A stretch of 64,000 nt of DNA from a bacterium (GCA_043811915.1 JBDRMS010000009.1:9960-73959); one strand, 5' to 3'. Numbered from the stretch's first letter, positions 49,999 through 59,255 are shown. The notes: a model not told the origin generated them from the sequence alone. Numbers and translations are program-made.

Positions 49999-50431
49999 AT
50001 CGGGTAATTTTATCTATTCGCCGCCGATGTCGCGCTGCTCCGGAAAAGTTTGTTTCCAGTACCGCCTTGATTATACCCTTGGCCTGCTCCTCACTAATAA
50101 AATCAGTCCCAATGGAAATCACATTAACATCGTCGTCCCGCTTGGCCGCCACTGCCAGCTTGACGTCATGGGCCAGCACAGCTCTCACCCCGTCTACCTT
50201 GTTTGCCGCTATTCCCATACCCACCCCCGACCCGCATACAGCCACCCCAAAACTGCCCGGCTCCGCCGCCACTTTCTTCGCCAGCACAAAACCAAAGTCC
50301 GGGTAATCGTCATCCTTATCTGATTCCGTCGCTCCCAGGTCCGCCGTCTCATACCCTTCGCCTTTAAGCCAGTCACGCAAAATATTTTTGAGCTCCAGGC
50401 CTCGATGGTCCGCCGCCAGGAAAACTTTCAT
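49985..50431 (-). CDS. rpiB: ribose-5-phosphate isomerase B
   Basis: ADHRG..LK, DYPD, CGSG.GM.IAANKV.GVRA, RH.RRI.KI; start MKVF. Confidence 0.95.
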   Translation of the reverse strand: MKVFLAADHRGLELKNILRDWLKGEGYETADLGATESDKDDDYPDFGFVLAKKVAAEPGSFGVAVCGSGVGMGIAANKVDGVRAVLAHDVKLAVAAKRDDDVNVISIGTDFISEEQAKGIIKAVLETNFSGAARHRRRIDKITRYENG

Positions 50432-50529
50432 ACACTTAACTATACACGCTTGACTTATCATCCCGCCAGTGCTATTTACTTACAGCGCAGGCCATATTTG
50501 ATCGCACCTTTTATTTTAAAGAGAAAAAA

Positions 50530-51078
50530 ATGATCCGACACAAGAAAGACAAGGGTATCTTTCCCGTGTTGGAAAAGATGCCTTGCCGCCCTCGGCAGAT
50601 AAAGATTGAACCCTACACTCTGCCAACCGTGTTTGATTGCAATCTGGAAGCGGAAGAAGCGGCGGCCAGAATTATCTTCTTCTCGCAGCGGAAGAATAAG
50701 TGGGTCGGAGTCTCCTGGCAACACTTACTGGCCATTATGAAAGACGACATTGCCGCCAATAACCATCGCTTCGCCCTAAAACAGCAGGTTAAGTATGAAG
50801 AACGCCGGTGGGACGAACAGCAAAGACGCTGGTATCACTCGTTGTGCTCGCTGTTCCGTCGTCTCCGTTCCTGGTTTTCTCCGGCTAATCCTAAAGAACC
50901 TGATGTTCCTGTTAGCGGTATTTACTCTTACGGCCTTCCTTTTATGCGGCATGGTTTGCGCTTTCTTCTCAACGGCCAGTGGCTGCGCCAGGAAATTCAT
51001 CGCGGCAATACGGTATACTTCCCCACTGCCAAGCTCATCGGCCGCGTCATGCGCAAACAAGGCATTATTGCCAAATAA
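50530..51078 (+). CDS. hypothetical protein
   Basis: 182-aa ORF followed by an AACCCCAC...GTGGGGTT-CTTTTT terminator. Confidence 0.65.
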   Translation: MIRHKKDKGIFPVLEKMPCRPRQIKIEPYTLPTVFDCNLEAEEAAARIIFFSQRKNKWVGVSWQHLLAIMKDDIAANNHRFALKQQVKYEERRWDEQQRRWYHSLCSLFRRLRSWFSPANPKEPDVPVSGIYSYGLPFMRHGLRFLLNGQWLRQEIHRGNTVYFPTAKLIGRVMRKQGIIAK

Positions 51079-51209
51079 ACCCCACTAAAGTTCTTCTGGC
51101 TTCGTGGGGTTCTTTTTAAGAGAAAATAAAAAAGCACCGATCACAAGTTGTCAAAAATTGTGTCCCCGGTGCTTAAAGAACTTGTCACATACTGGTGGAA
51201 CCGTCTTCC

Positions 51210-51860
51210 TCACTTTCTTTTCTGGCGATCCAGAAACTCCTTGCCGTGGCCAACCTGTGTATTGATGGGCACGCCATCTCTGCACAATGGGCAATCCGCT
51301 TCCTCCCACGACTCCAGATTTACCTCAACCAGTGAGTACAGTCTGGGTACGTTGAGATCTCTGGCCGCGACACCTCCGCGATTGCACAGAGCTATCACTC
51401 CCTGCACCAGGCCGCCCGTCGTCTGTACCAACTCAACAACCTTCCTGGCCGACCCGCCCGTTGTCAGCACATCTTCAACCACCAGTGCGCGTTTTCCCTG
51501 GACATGCTTCAGCCAGCGGGGTTTGATCAGGAAGGCTCCTCCTTCATCGGACTTTTCCGCGTACACGCCCAGCACCACGTTTCCTGTCAATTGTGCCAGG
51601 TGACAGGCCGTCCATTGCGACAGAATTATTCCCCCTCGTTCAGGGCCGATAATAACTGTCGCCTCCCTCATTAATTCATCTTTGACAGCCACATCCACCA
51701 GGCTTTGGCACAGGGCAGAGGTAACCTCCACAAAAGGGTAAATAGCATCCTTGTCCACGTACGCCGATCCGTGTCTGCCGGAAGTGTACACCAGGTGGCT
51801 ATTGGTAATAACCGCACCTACTTCGGCAAATTTAACCATAACCTCTTCATGCGACAACAT
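51210..51860 (-). CDS. pyrE: orotate phosphoribosyltransferase
   Basis: SGRH...Y, GP..GG, VVEDVLTTGGS PRPP motif, CPLC; downstream of pyrF; SD AAAGGAG. Confidence 0.88.
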   Translation of the reverse strand: MLSHEEVMVKFAEVGAVITNSHLVYTSGRHGSAYVDKDAIYPFVEVTSALCQSLVDVAVKDELMREATVIIGPERGGIILSQWTACHLAQLTGNVVLGVYAEKSDEGGAFLIKPRWLKHVQGKRALVVEDVLTTGGSARKVVELVQTTGGLVQGVIALCNRGGVAARDLNVPRLYSLVEVNLESWEEADCPLCRDGVPINTQVGHGKEFLDRQKRK

Positions 51861-51880
51861 ATCTCTCTCCTTTCGGTTTC

Positions 51881-52771
51881 CTAGACTGCTCGTCGGTACT
51901 GGTTAATCTCATCTCTAAGCTCAAGCGTTTTCCTGCGAGCCGCATCTGCGAAGTCAGTGTCTGCCGAGGCAAAAATAATGCCTCGCGACGAGTTGATGAT
52001 CATTCCCCCGCCCTGACTGTCCCGGGCCACTGGCACAACCTCTGCTGCCGTAGCACCCTGCGCACCTAATCCCGGAATCAACAGCGGCATAAAAGGTGCG
52101 ATTTTTCGCACATTTTCCAGTTCATCGGGACAAGTACCGCCCACCACCAGCGCGCAGTTGTCGTGCTGGTTCCAATACTTAACCACCTGGAAAGCCACAT
52201 ACTCGTACAACGGCATCGTTCTTCTGTCACCGAAGACATCCTGTAAGTCAGTCGTCCAGCCGGGAGGTTTGACCAACAAATTCTGAAACTCATCGCCGCC
52301 CGGGTTTGAAGTGCGGCACAAAATAATGATGCCCTTGTCTCGCCGATCTAAAAATGGCTGCATTGCTTCCTGGCCGAAGTACGGATTCACCGTCGCTGCG
52401 TCCGCTTTGAAGCATTCAAACGCCTCGGTCACGTAGCCCTGATTCGAGTTGCCGATGTCCGCCCGCTTGTAATCAACGATTCTGATGACGTTCGGCGCTT
52501 TTTCTGCACAGTATCCGATAGTCCATTGCAGCGCCTTTTTTCCGGCCTCGCCGTGCTTTTCGTAAAACGCCGCATTCAATTTCACCGCCAACAGTAAATC
52601 ATGTGTAGCATCGATCAAATCCGCGTTGAAGCGCAGTAGACCGCCCTCAAAGCCTGCACTCTTGAGACAGCTCGGCAGCTTTTCCCAGTCACTGTCCAGT
52701 CCCAGGCACACGCACGAGTTCACCTCGGCAATCCTGGCCGCCACTTTCTCCCGAAATGTTCGCACTTTCAT
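51881..52771 (-). CDS. pyrF: orotidine-5'-phosphate decarboxylase (subfamily 2)
   Basis: CLGLD, K.N.AFYE..G, DYKRADIGN, TVNPYFG, RTSNPG, LIPGLGAQG, NSSR.II.A; GGAGG before MKVRTF. Confidence 0.95.
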   Translation of the reverse strand: MKVRTFREKVAARIAEVNSCVCLGLDSDWEKLPSCLKSAGFEGGLLRFNADLIDATHDLLLAVKLNAAFYEKHGEAGKKALQWTIGYCAEKAPNVIRIVDYKRADIGNSNQGYVTEAFECFKADAATVNPYFGQEAMQPFLDRRDKGIIILCRTSNPGGDEFQNLLVKPPGWTTDLQDVFGDRRTMPLYEYVAFQVVKYWNQHDNCALVVGGTCPDELENVRKIAPFMPLLIPGLGAQGATAAEVVPVARDSQGGGMIINSSRGIIFASADTDFADAARRKTLELRDEINQYRRAV

Positions 52772-52876
52772 GACGTCATCCTCCAAATTGTCAAAGAACA
52801 TTTGTGATAACACGCCAAAACTCCGCGTTTTGGCATCCCGCCAGCCTACTCCCTGGCCCGATTTCAAGCAACCCAA

Positions 52877-52901
52877 AATTCAAACACCTGGTGTTTGAAT
52901 T
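52877..52901. repeat. 25-bp perfect palindrome
   Basis: AATTCAAACACC-T-GGTGTTTGAATT; core equals the cysS inserts, arms resemble the 144/35161 element. Confidence 0.75.
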
Positions 52902-52918
52902 GCACGGGATTTTGCGGG

Positions 52919-53211
52919 CTATAGTTGTTTAATTTTTTGCTCGTGATGTTGAACAGATCTTTTTACTTCGCCCATATCTACCGTCAGTTGACCGGTTTGT
53001 TCAAATATCACATCTACCTTTTCTGTCAGACCGGACACATCATCTGTCAGACCGGACACATCATCTTTCAAACCGGACACATCATCTTGTCATCTTGCAG
53101 GTGCCCCATGCCCTCCTTAATGACTCCTATGTCATCAGTAATAATCTCTAACTTATAGTCAGTGCTTTTGGCATGCTTTGCTAAAATTTCCTCTAGCTCT
53201 TTCCTGTCCAT
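52919..53211 (-). pseudogene. frameshifted coiled-coil gene with three 21-bp repeats (DDVSGLK/T)
   Basis: 21-bp units at 53024-53086; 8-bp duplication TCATCTTG at 53082-53097 breaks the frame; removing one copy gives a 94-aa ORF. Confidence 0.75.
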
Positions 53212-53252
53212 AAACACATGATACCGTATTTATAAAATAAATAAATCAGACT

Positions 53253-53326
53253 TGGCTCCGGGACGTGGATTCGAACCACGATTGCGAGATTCAGAGTCTC
53301 GCGTCCTGCCATTAGACGATCCCGGA
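53253..53326 (-). tRNA. tRNA-Gln (CTG)
   Basis: Acceptor TCCGGGA/TCCCGGA, anticodon arm CGAGA-CT-CTG-AA-TCTCG, GGTTCGAATCC, encoded CCA. Confidence 0.96.
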
Positions 53327-53372
53327 TGATGATTACAGATTAATGTTACAGAAAACTTAAGTGTACAACTTC

Positions 53373-53438
53373 CTCGTGTCCTGCCGCCACCGCCTCGGGC
53401 GGGGCCCCGCCTGCGGGCGGTGGTTAGACGATCCCGGA
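53373..53438 (-). pseudogene. 5' fragment of tRNA-Gln with a palindromic insert in the D-loop
   Basis: TCCGGGATCGTCTAA-[38 nt]-GGCAGGAC(A)CGAG versus intact TCCGGGATCGTCTAA-T-GGCAGGAC(G)CGAG. Confidence 0.85.
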
Positions 53439-53510
53439 ATATACGAGTATATAAACCATATCTTGATTTTCCGCAATAAAAAAGCTCTTATACTCCTATA
53501 AGCACTTTAA

Positions 53511-53583
53511 GCGCTTGTAGCTCAGTGGATAGAGCGTCAGCTTCCGGAGCTGAAAGTCGCAGGTTCGAATCCTGCCAAGCGCA
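53511..53583 (+). tRNA. tRNA-Arg (CCG)
   Basis: Acceptor GCGCTTG/CAAGCGC, TCAGC-TT-CCG-GA-GCTGA, GCAGG-TTCGAAT-CCTGC; CCA not encoded. Confidence 0.95.
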
Positions 53584-53611
53584 CATCACCCCTGTGGTAT
53601 AATACAAAAAT

Positions 53612-54562
53612 ATGGAGAATGCTCCTTCATTTGTTGACCTCAAAGGAGTCTCGGTAGACTATCAGCGCCCCACCGGCTTGTTTGGCCTGCTCGGTCAAAA
53701 ACCGGAAACTTATTCTGTTCTGCGTGATATCACTTTTTCTCTTCCTCCCGGCGCCCGCGTTACCGTCTTCGGCCATGAAGGCTCCGGCAAAACAACTCTG
53801 CTGCGCCTTCTTACCGGTATACTCAAGCCCACTATTGGCTCCGTTCGGGTTAACGGAGAGCCGCCCGCTGCTCTCAAACACGTGGCCGCCGGTTATGTTT
53901 CCAGCGAAGAAACCGAACCTGACAAGGACACCGCCTACCAGGTACTAACCGCCTTTGCCCGCACCCACAACATCAGCCCCGCCGCCGCTCGCATCCGGGA
54001 GGTTAGCGACATTCTGGAGTTGGGAGAAAGATTATTCGTGCCTGCCCGAACCTTGTCCAGTGCCGGCCGCTTGCGCGTCAATCTGGCTCGCGCTGCTCTA
54101 TCCGACACTCCCCTCATCCTTCTTGACGACGTAGCCGAACAGCTTGGCGCCAAGCCACTGTCGGCCATCATACCCAGACTCTTCGCCGGCCGCACCGTAC
54201 TTATCGCCACCCGTCACGCCAGTACTGCCCAAACATTAAAACTTCCTTTGTTGTTGTTGCACGCCGGCCAGTTGGCTCACCGCGGCACTATCGATGAAAT
54301 TGCCGCCAATTTGTCCTGCCACCGGCTAGTTGACGTTTGGGTTGAGGGCCTGCGCTACGATTTACTTCGTCAACTGCGCCAGCACGCCGGCGTTATCGAA
54401 GCCCGTCTCATACCCACCTCCAGTTTTTCCGGCCAGCGTTTGCGCATTACTTTGCGCTCCGCTCGTTACTTGCCTTCGATGTACGATTTAATCAGTCAGG
54501 CTCCCCTGGTGCGTGTCGAAGAACTCCCCGCCTCACTGTACGACATTCTTAGCCGTCTTTAA
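53612..54562 (+). CDS. ABC-type ATP-binding protein, degenerate motifs
   Basis: Walker A GHEGSGKT, signature LSSAG, Walker B ILLDD; TGGTATAAT 8 nt before ATG. Confidence 0.8.
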   Translation: MENAPSFVDLKGVSVDYQRPTGLFGLLGQKPETYSVLRDITFSLPPGARVTVFGHEGSGKTTLLRLLTGILKPTIGSVRVNGEPPAALKHVAAGYVSSEETEPDKDTAYQVLTAFARTHNISPAAARIREVSDILELGERLFVPARTLSSAGRLRVNLARAALSDTPLILLDDVAEQLGAKPLSAIIPRLFAGRTVLIATRHASTAQTLKLPLLLLHAGQLAHRGTIDEIAANLSCHRLVDVWVEGLRYDLLRQLRQHAGVIEARLIPTSSFSGQRLRITLRSARYLPSMYDLISQAPLVRVEELPASLYDILSRL

Positions 54563-55491
54563 TTTTTCAAGTATCGTTGTACCGCTATCAGGCTGCTAAA
54601 AACGGCGAGTCCTACAGCTATCAGCGCCTGCAATCCGACCACAGTTAACCAGTTGGACATGGCGTACTGATAAATATCAAAAGGGGTTGCCCCCGCATGT
54701 CCGGCAAAGAAAAATCTCTGCAACTCCGGCGATGCCGCTTTCAGCGCCGGGTACACAATAACACTAGCCAATATCACAGCCGATAGAGCCACCAAAACAG
54801 ATTCCAGCACAAACGGTCCTCTAATAAACCAGCGCGATGCCCCTACCAAATGCATAATATCTATTTCTTCACGGAAACTGTAAATAGCGAGTCGCACCGT
54901 ATTAAACATAATCAGCACTACTAACACCACGAAAATTACCGTTATTATTATGCCAACATTTTTGATGGCCGATATTATAATCATCAGCCGATCAATTACG
55001 GCACGCGAATCCTCAAAGTGCACCTCATCAATGACCGGGCTGTAGCGCTCACCGCTTAATTCTCCAGCTATTACCTGGTAAAAGCGAGGCTCCTTTGCTA
55101 CTACGAACAAACTAGCCGGCAGTGGATTCTCTTCCAATTCTGCCAGCGACTCCTCAATGAAAGGTTTGTCCTGGTTGCGTTGTCTAAAAATATCCAGTGC
55201 TTGTTCGCTGGTCACCACATTCACCGTTTCCACATCGTCTCGACGTTCAACCTCTTCTGCTAACGTCGATATTTGCTCATCACTGGCGTTTTCTATAAAG
55301 GTTACTGACAAATCAACTTTCTGCTCCACATTACGCAATACCTGCAAGCCAAACACGTTGGCAAAATACAGGAACAGCACAATCAGCAGTGTAATAGTCA
55401 TAATCACTGTAGTCGCCACTGACAGCCACACGTTACGCCAAAAATTTTGAAAGGCGGCCCTGAAAACTCTTCCAAAAGAAACCCCGATCAT
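54559..55491 (-). CDS. ftsX: cell division permease FtsX
   Basis: NFWRN.WLS.A, ENPLPAS, NTVRLAI....EEI.IM.LVGAS..FIRGPF. Confidence 0.95.
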   Translation of the reverse strand: MIGVSFGRVFRAAFQNFWRNVWLSVATTVIMTITLLIVLFLYFANVFGLQVLRNVEQKVDLSVTFIENASDEQISTLAEEVERRDDVETVNVVTSEQALDIFRQRNQDKPFIEESLAELEENPLPASLFVVAKEPRFYQVIAGELSGERYSPVIDEVHFEDSRAVIDRLMIIISAIKNVGIIITVIFVVLVVLIMFNTVRLAIYSFREEIDIMHLVGASRWFIRGPFVLESVLVALSAVILASVIVYPALKAASPELQRFFFAGHAGATPFDIYQYAMSNWLTVVGLQALIAVGLAVFSSLIAVQRYLKN

Positions 55492-55494
55492 ATC

Positions 55495-56184
55495 TTACAA
55501 CTTATATGTGCCGCCCTTTTGGTCCGACACCACTTTTCCCTTATCCAAAGTTATCACCCGTTTTTTTAGAGCATTGACAATATTGTTATTGTGCGTAGCC
55601 AACAATACCGTGGTACCCAGTTTATTTATTTTCATCAGCAACTGCACAATATCCCACGAGTGCAATGCATCCAGGTTTCCTGTTGGCTCATCGGCCAGCA
55701 GAATCTGTGGCTTGTACGCCAATGCTCGGGCAATAGCTACTCTCTGTTTCTCTCCACCGGAAAGTTCATTCGGGTATGCACTCGCCTTCTCCTGCAGGTT
55801 AACCAACTTTAGTATGTGTGGCACTGTCTCGCGAATCTCGCGCGAGGGAGCACCTCCCACCTCCATGGCAAAAGCCACATTTTCCATCGTCGTCCGCTTA
55901 GGCAGCAGTTTAAAATCCTGGTACACCACGCCAATCTGGCGGCGCAAGTGTGGCACCTGCCACCGCTTAATCTTGGCCACATCCCACCCGTCAATAACAA
56001 TTGACCCGGAAGTTGGCCGCACTTCGGCCGAGATCAGTTTTAACAACGTTGATTTACCAGCGCCGCTTTGCCCCACAATAGAAACAAAGTCACCCGTTTT
56101 AATCTTTAGGGAAACATCATATAAGGCCGGGCTATCCTGAACGTAAGCTTTGCAAATGTTAGAAAAAACAATCATTTCCACCAA
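55495..56184 (-). CDS. ftsE: cell division ATP-binding protein FtsE
   Basis: GQSGAGKSTL, LRRQIGVVYQDFKLL, LSGGEKQR, ADEPTGNLD. Confidence 0.95.
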   Translation of the reverse strand: MVEMIVFSNICKAYVQDSPALYDVSLKIKTGDFVSIVGQSGAGKSTLLKLISAEVRPTSGSIVIDGWDVAKIKRWQVPHLRRQIGVVYQDFKLLPKRTTMENVAFAMEVGGAPSREIRETVPHILKLVNLQEKASAYPNELSGGEKQRVAIARALAYKPQILLADEPTGNLDALHSWDIVQLLMKINKLGTTVLLATHNNNIVNALKKRVITLDKGKVVSDQKGGTYKL

Positions 56185-57274
56185 TTATACCACATCGAGA
56201 AAGGCTGACAGGTCGCCATCTAATACTCGCTGCGCATTCTGCTCTTCCACGCCGCTTCTATGATCCTTGACCATGGTGTAGGGATGCAGCACATAAGAGC
56301 GTATCTGGTTTCCCCAGGCCGCTTCTTTTGTCTCTCCCTTCAACTCTTTTAATTCATTCACGTGTTGTTGCTCTGCCATTATCTGTAATTTGGCTTGTAA
56401 TACCGACATGGCTTGTGCCTTATTCTGCCCCTGCGAACGTTCATTCTGGCATTGTACCACTATGCCAGTCGGAATGTGTCGAATGCGCACTGCCGAGCTG
56501 GTCTTATTAACATGCTGTCCGCCTGCTCCACTGGCCCGGTATGTGTCCACCCTCAAATCCTTCACCTCAATCTCCGGTGTTTCTTTCGGTGACAACTTTG
56601 GTAACACCTCCACCCTGGCAAACGACGTGTGTCGCAGGTTATCAGCATTAAACGGCGACTGCCGCACCAGTCTGTGTACGCCATGTTCATTCTTCAGGAT
56701 TCCATATGCATATTTCCCATCCACTTCAAAAGTACTGTGCTTAATGCCGGCTTCTTCTCCCGGGGACCGGTCCAATATTTTTGCTTTCCATTTCCTGTTC
56801 TCTGCCAGCCGCAGATACATACGCTCCAGCATCTCCGCCCAATCCTGCGCGTCCGTGCCTCCCGCCCCGGCCTGGATAGTCAAAATAGCTCCCGACTTAT
56901 CATGCGGTCCGTCAAACCGCAGCTCTTTCTCTTTCTTTTCCACATCCGCCTCTAGCTTGTTCAGTTCCGACTGCGCAAAGTTCAGCCATTCCTTTTCTGC
57001 CTGTTCATCTGTTTCGCTCGCCAGATGCCAGTCGGGGCTCGATAACTCCTTAAGCTCGCCCTTTTTCACTTCTAGCCAGTTCACCTCTTCGCGTAATTCC
57101 GACAACTCTATTTGTTCCTCCTGCACCTCCGGCGTCCACGCCGTCACCTGGCGCAGGCTTGATTCCAAATTCTTTATTCTTGCAGCCTTCTTTGCCAAGT
57201 CAAAGACGGTCGGCCACTTTTTGCAGCCGCTCCGTTAAGTCCTCAATTTTCAGTTGTATTTCTTTACTGTCCAT
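56185..57274 (-). CDS. prfB: peptide chain release factor 2 with programmed +1 frameshift
   Basis: ORF1 [24 protein letters not shown] ends at CTT-TGA-C (57205-57199); +1 frame has [13 protein letters not shown] and GAGGQHVN. Confidence 0.96.
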
Positions 57275-57330
57275 TAATCTTGAAATTAAATTATTAAGAA
57301 AAAAACTACCCAGAGTTTTCTTTTCCTATG

Positions 57331-57401
57331 AGCCGAAGACGGGAATCGAACCCATATCCATGCTTTACGAAAGCATTGCTTTGCCATTAAGCTACCCCGG
57401 C
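57331..57401 (-). tRNA. tRNA-Thr (CGT)
   Basis: Acceptor GCCGGGG/CTTCGGC (two G-U), ATGCT-TT-CGT-AA-AGCAT, GGGTTCGATTCCC; CCA not encoded. Confidence 0.9.
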
Positions 57402-57532
57402 TTATTCCTAACGAATAGTTTAGCTTCTTTGTATCGCTTACTTAAAGACCGGTTTTTTCTTCCTTTACCCTTCGAGCCCGATCGGACTGCTGACTCATCC
57501 TCTAATATACTAATAATGCTGTCAACAAGAAA

Positions 57533-57985
57533 TCACCGCGCATACCTACTCATCAACACCGCTCCCGCCAACACGTGACCGGCCATCGCTTGCTCCACTG
57601 CTGCCTTACTTGCTCCTTCATCAAGACCCAGCATCGTATCAAGCGCGTATAACTTAAAGAAGTACCGGTGTTCCCCATCCGGCGGGCATGGCCCATGATA
57701 ATCAGTATTTCCACCCGTCCCCATGCCGTGAACTCCATCTGGTTCATGGCCTTCAGCTATTTCAGTCGTATCAGGAGATATGTTAAATACCACCCAGTGA
57801 TCCCATGTCCCGTCTTCGCGAATTGATTTTGGAACATCAGGGTCATTGGCTATAAACACCAGGCTCTTAGCGCTCGCTGGCACTCCCGCTATCGTCAGCG
57901 GCGGATTAACATCCTCACCGTCGCAAGTGTATTTAGCCGGGATAGTGCCGTTGTTGGCAAACTCCGTGCTTGTTAATTTCATCAC
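57533..57985 (-). CDS. YbhB/YbcL family (PEBP/RKIP-like) protein
   Basis: IP.KYTCDG.D.NPPL, DPD.P, HWV.FNI, Y.GPCPP.G.HRYFF.LYALD. Confidence 0.93.
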   Translation of the reverse strand: MMKLTSTEFANNGTIPAKYTCDGEDVNPPLTIAGVPASAKSLVFIANDPDVPKSIREDGTWDHWVVFNISPDTTEIAEGHEPDGVHGMGTGGNTDYHGPCPPDGEHRYFFKLYALDTMLGLDEGASKAAVEQAMAGHVLAGAVLMSRYAR

Positions 57986-59202
57986 GGCGATTCCTCCAGC
58001 ACGATACTGACTTCTCTTTCCTCCCCTTTATGCAAAATCTTTAATTTCACCGACTCCCCCACTTTTTTCCTGGCTATGGCCTTGGCCAGTGAGTTTGCCT
58101 CTGTAAGTTTGGCCCCGTCTATCTCCAGGATAATATCTCCTTCTTCAATACCCGCCTTGTTGGCCGGCGAGCCTGGTATCACCGCCAGCTCCTCTGGCGT
58201 CTCCCCTTTTACCACCAGTACCCCAAAATTAACCGACAACTTGTTTACTTCCTGCAAAGCTTTTGTTATCGGCGTGTACCTGATACCGATGTACGGCCGC
58301 ACAATTCTTCCCGTCTCTTTGACTGATTCTATGACTCCTTTTACCAGGTCAATCGGCAGTGAAAAACCAATATTCTCCGAGCCCTGCGCCATAGCCACGT
58401 TTACTCCTACTACCTTGCCATCAAGGTCCAGCAACGGACCCCCGGAGTTGCCCGGGTTAATGGCAGCGTCAGTTTGAATAACTCCTTCCAGCTGCTCCGA
58501 TTGTCCCAATCCATTGCCGGCAGTAATCGATCTTGCCAGTCCGGAAATTACGCCCACCGACACTGTATTACGAAATTCCGCCAGGGCATTGCCAATAGCA
58601 ATGACGGTCTGCCCCGCTTTTAGTTCACCAGAGTTTCCCAGCTCTAAATAAGGCAATTCGCCACCGGATATTTTAATAACCGCCAGGTCGTTAGACGGAT
58701 CCCTGGCCACCACTACTGCATCATACTTTTGCCCGTCATTCATAAACACGGTGTAGTCTACATCGTCCTGTTCAACTACATGCTTGTTGGTAACAATCAA
58801 ACCGTCTGCCGATATCAGAAAACCACTGCCTCCGCCCACCTCTTTCTTTTCCGTCCCTTTTTGTCGATACTGCGGTACCCTGAAACTGAACGGAGAAAAG
58901 AAATTACCGCCAAAGAAATCACCAAACGGATCAGTCCCCTTCGGTAATTCATCATAATAACGTTCGATAATCGGCACATCTTTCGTTACCACTATTGACA
59001 CCACGGCCGGATTGGCCTTTTCCACTGCCTGTACTACCAGTGAGTCAGGCGAAGGGCTATCAACGCTTTCAGTTTCCGGCAATTCGGCTAAACTGCCGTT
59101 TTCGTTGACCGCCGGCGGGCTGTTGGTAACCAATAACAGCACTAGGGCCCCTCCCGCCGCACCAGCCAAGGCACTAATGACCATATTTTTTCCCTGTTCC
59201 AT
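57982..59202 (-). CDS. htrA: HtrA/DegP-family serine protease with PDZ domain
   Basis: PAVVSI, GSGF, TNKHVV, DLAV, QTDAAINPGNSGGPL. Confidence 0.95.
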   Translation of the reverse strand: MEQGKNMVISALAGAAGGALVLLLVTNSPPAVNENGSLAELPETESVDSPSPDSLVVQAVEKANPAVVSIVVTKDVPIIERYYDELPKGTDPFGDFFGGNFFSPFSFRVPQYRQKGTEKKEVGGGSGFLISADGLIVTNKHVVEQDDVDYTVFMNDGQKYDAVVVARDPSNDLAVIKISGGELPYLELGNSGELKAGQTVIAIGNALAEFRNTVSVGVISGLARSITAGNGLGQSEQLEGVIQTDAAINPGNSGGPLLDLDGKVVGVNVAMAQGSENIGFSLPIDLVKGVIESVKETGRIVRPYIGIRYTPITKALQEVNKLSVNFGVLVVKGETPEELAVIPGSPANKAGIEEGDIILEIDGAKLTEANSLAKAIARKKVGESVKLKILHKGEEREVSIVLEESP

Positions 59203-59223
59203 AAGCCCTCACAGTGTAATAAG

Positions 59224-59255
59224 AAAAAAGCCCGAACTCAAGTTGAGTTCGGGCT
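59224..59255 (-). terminator. intrinsic terminator
   Basis: AAAAAAGCCCGAACTCAA-G-TTGAGTTCGGGCT, long perfect stem with poly-U on the minus strand. Confidence 0.8.

Noticed and set aside
53024-53086. 21-bp direct repeats as a possible CRISPR array
   Set aside because: Units are contiguous with no spacers and encode in-frame heptads; no cas genes nearby.
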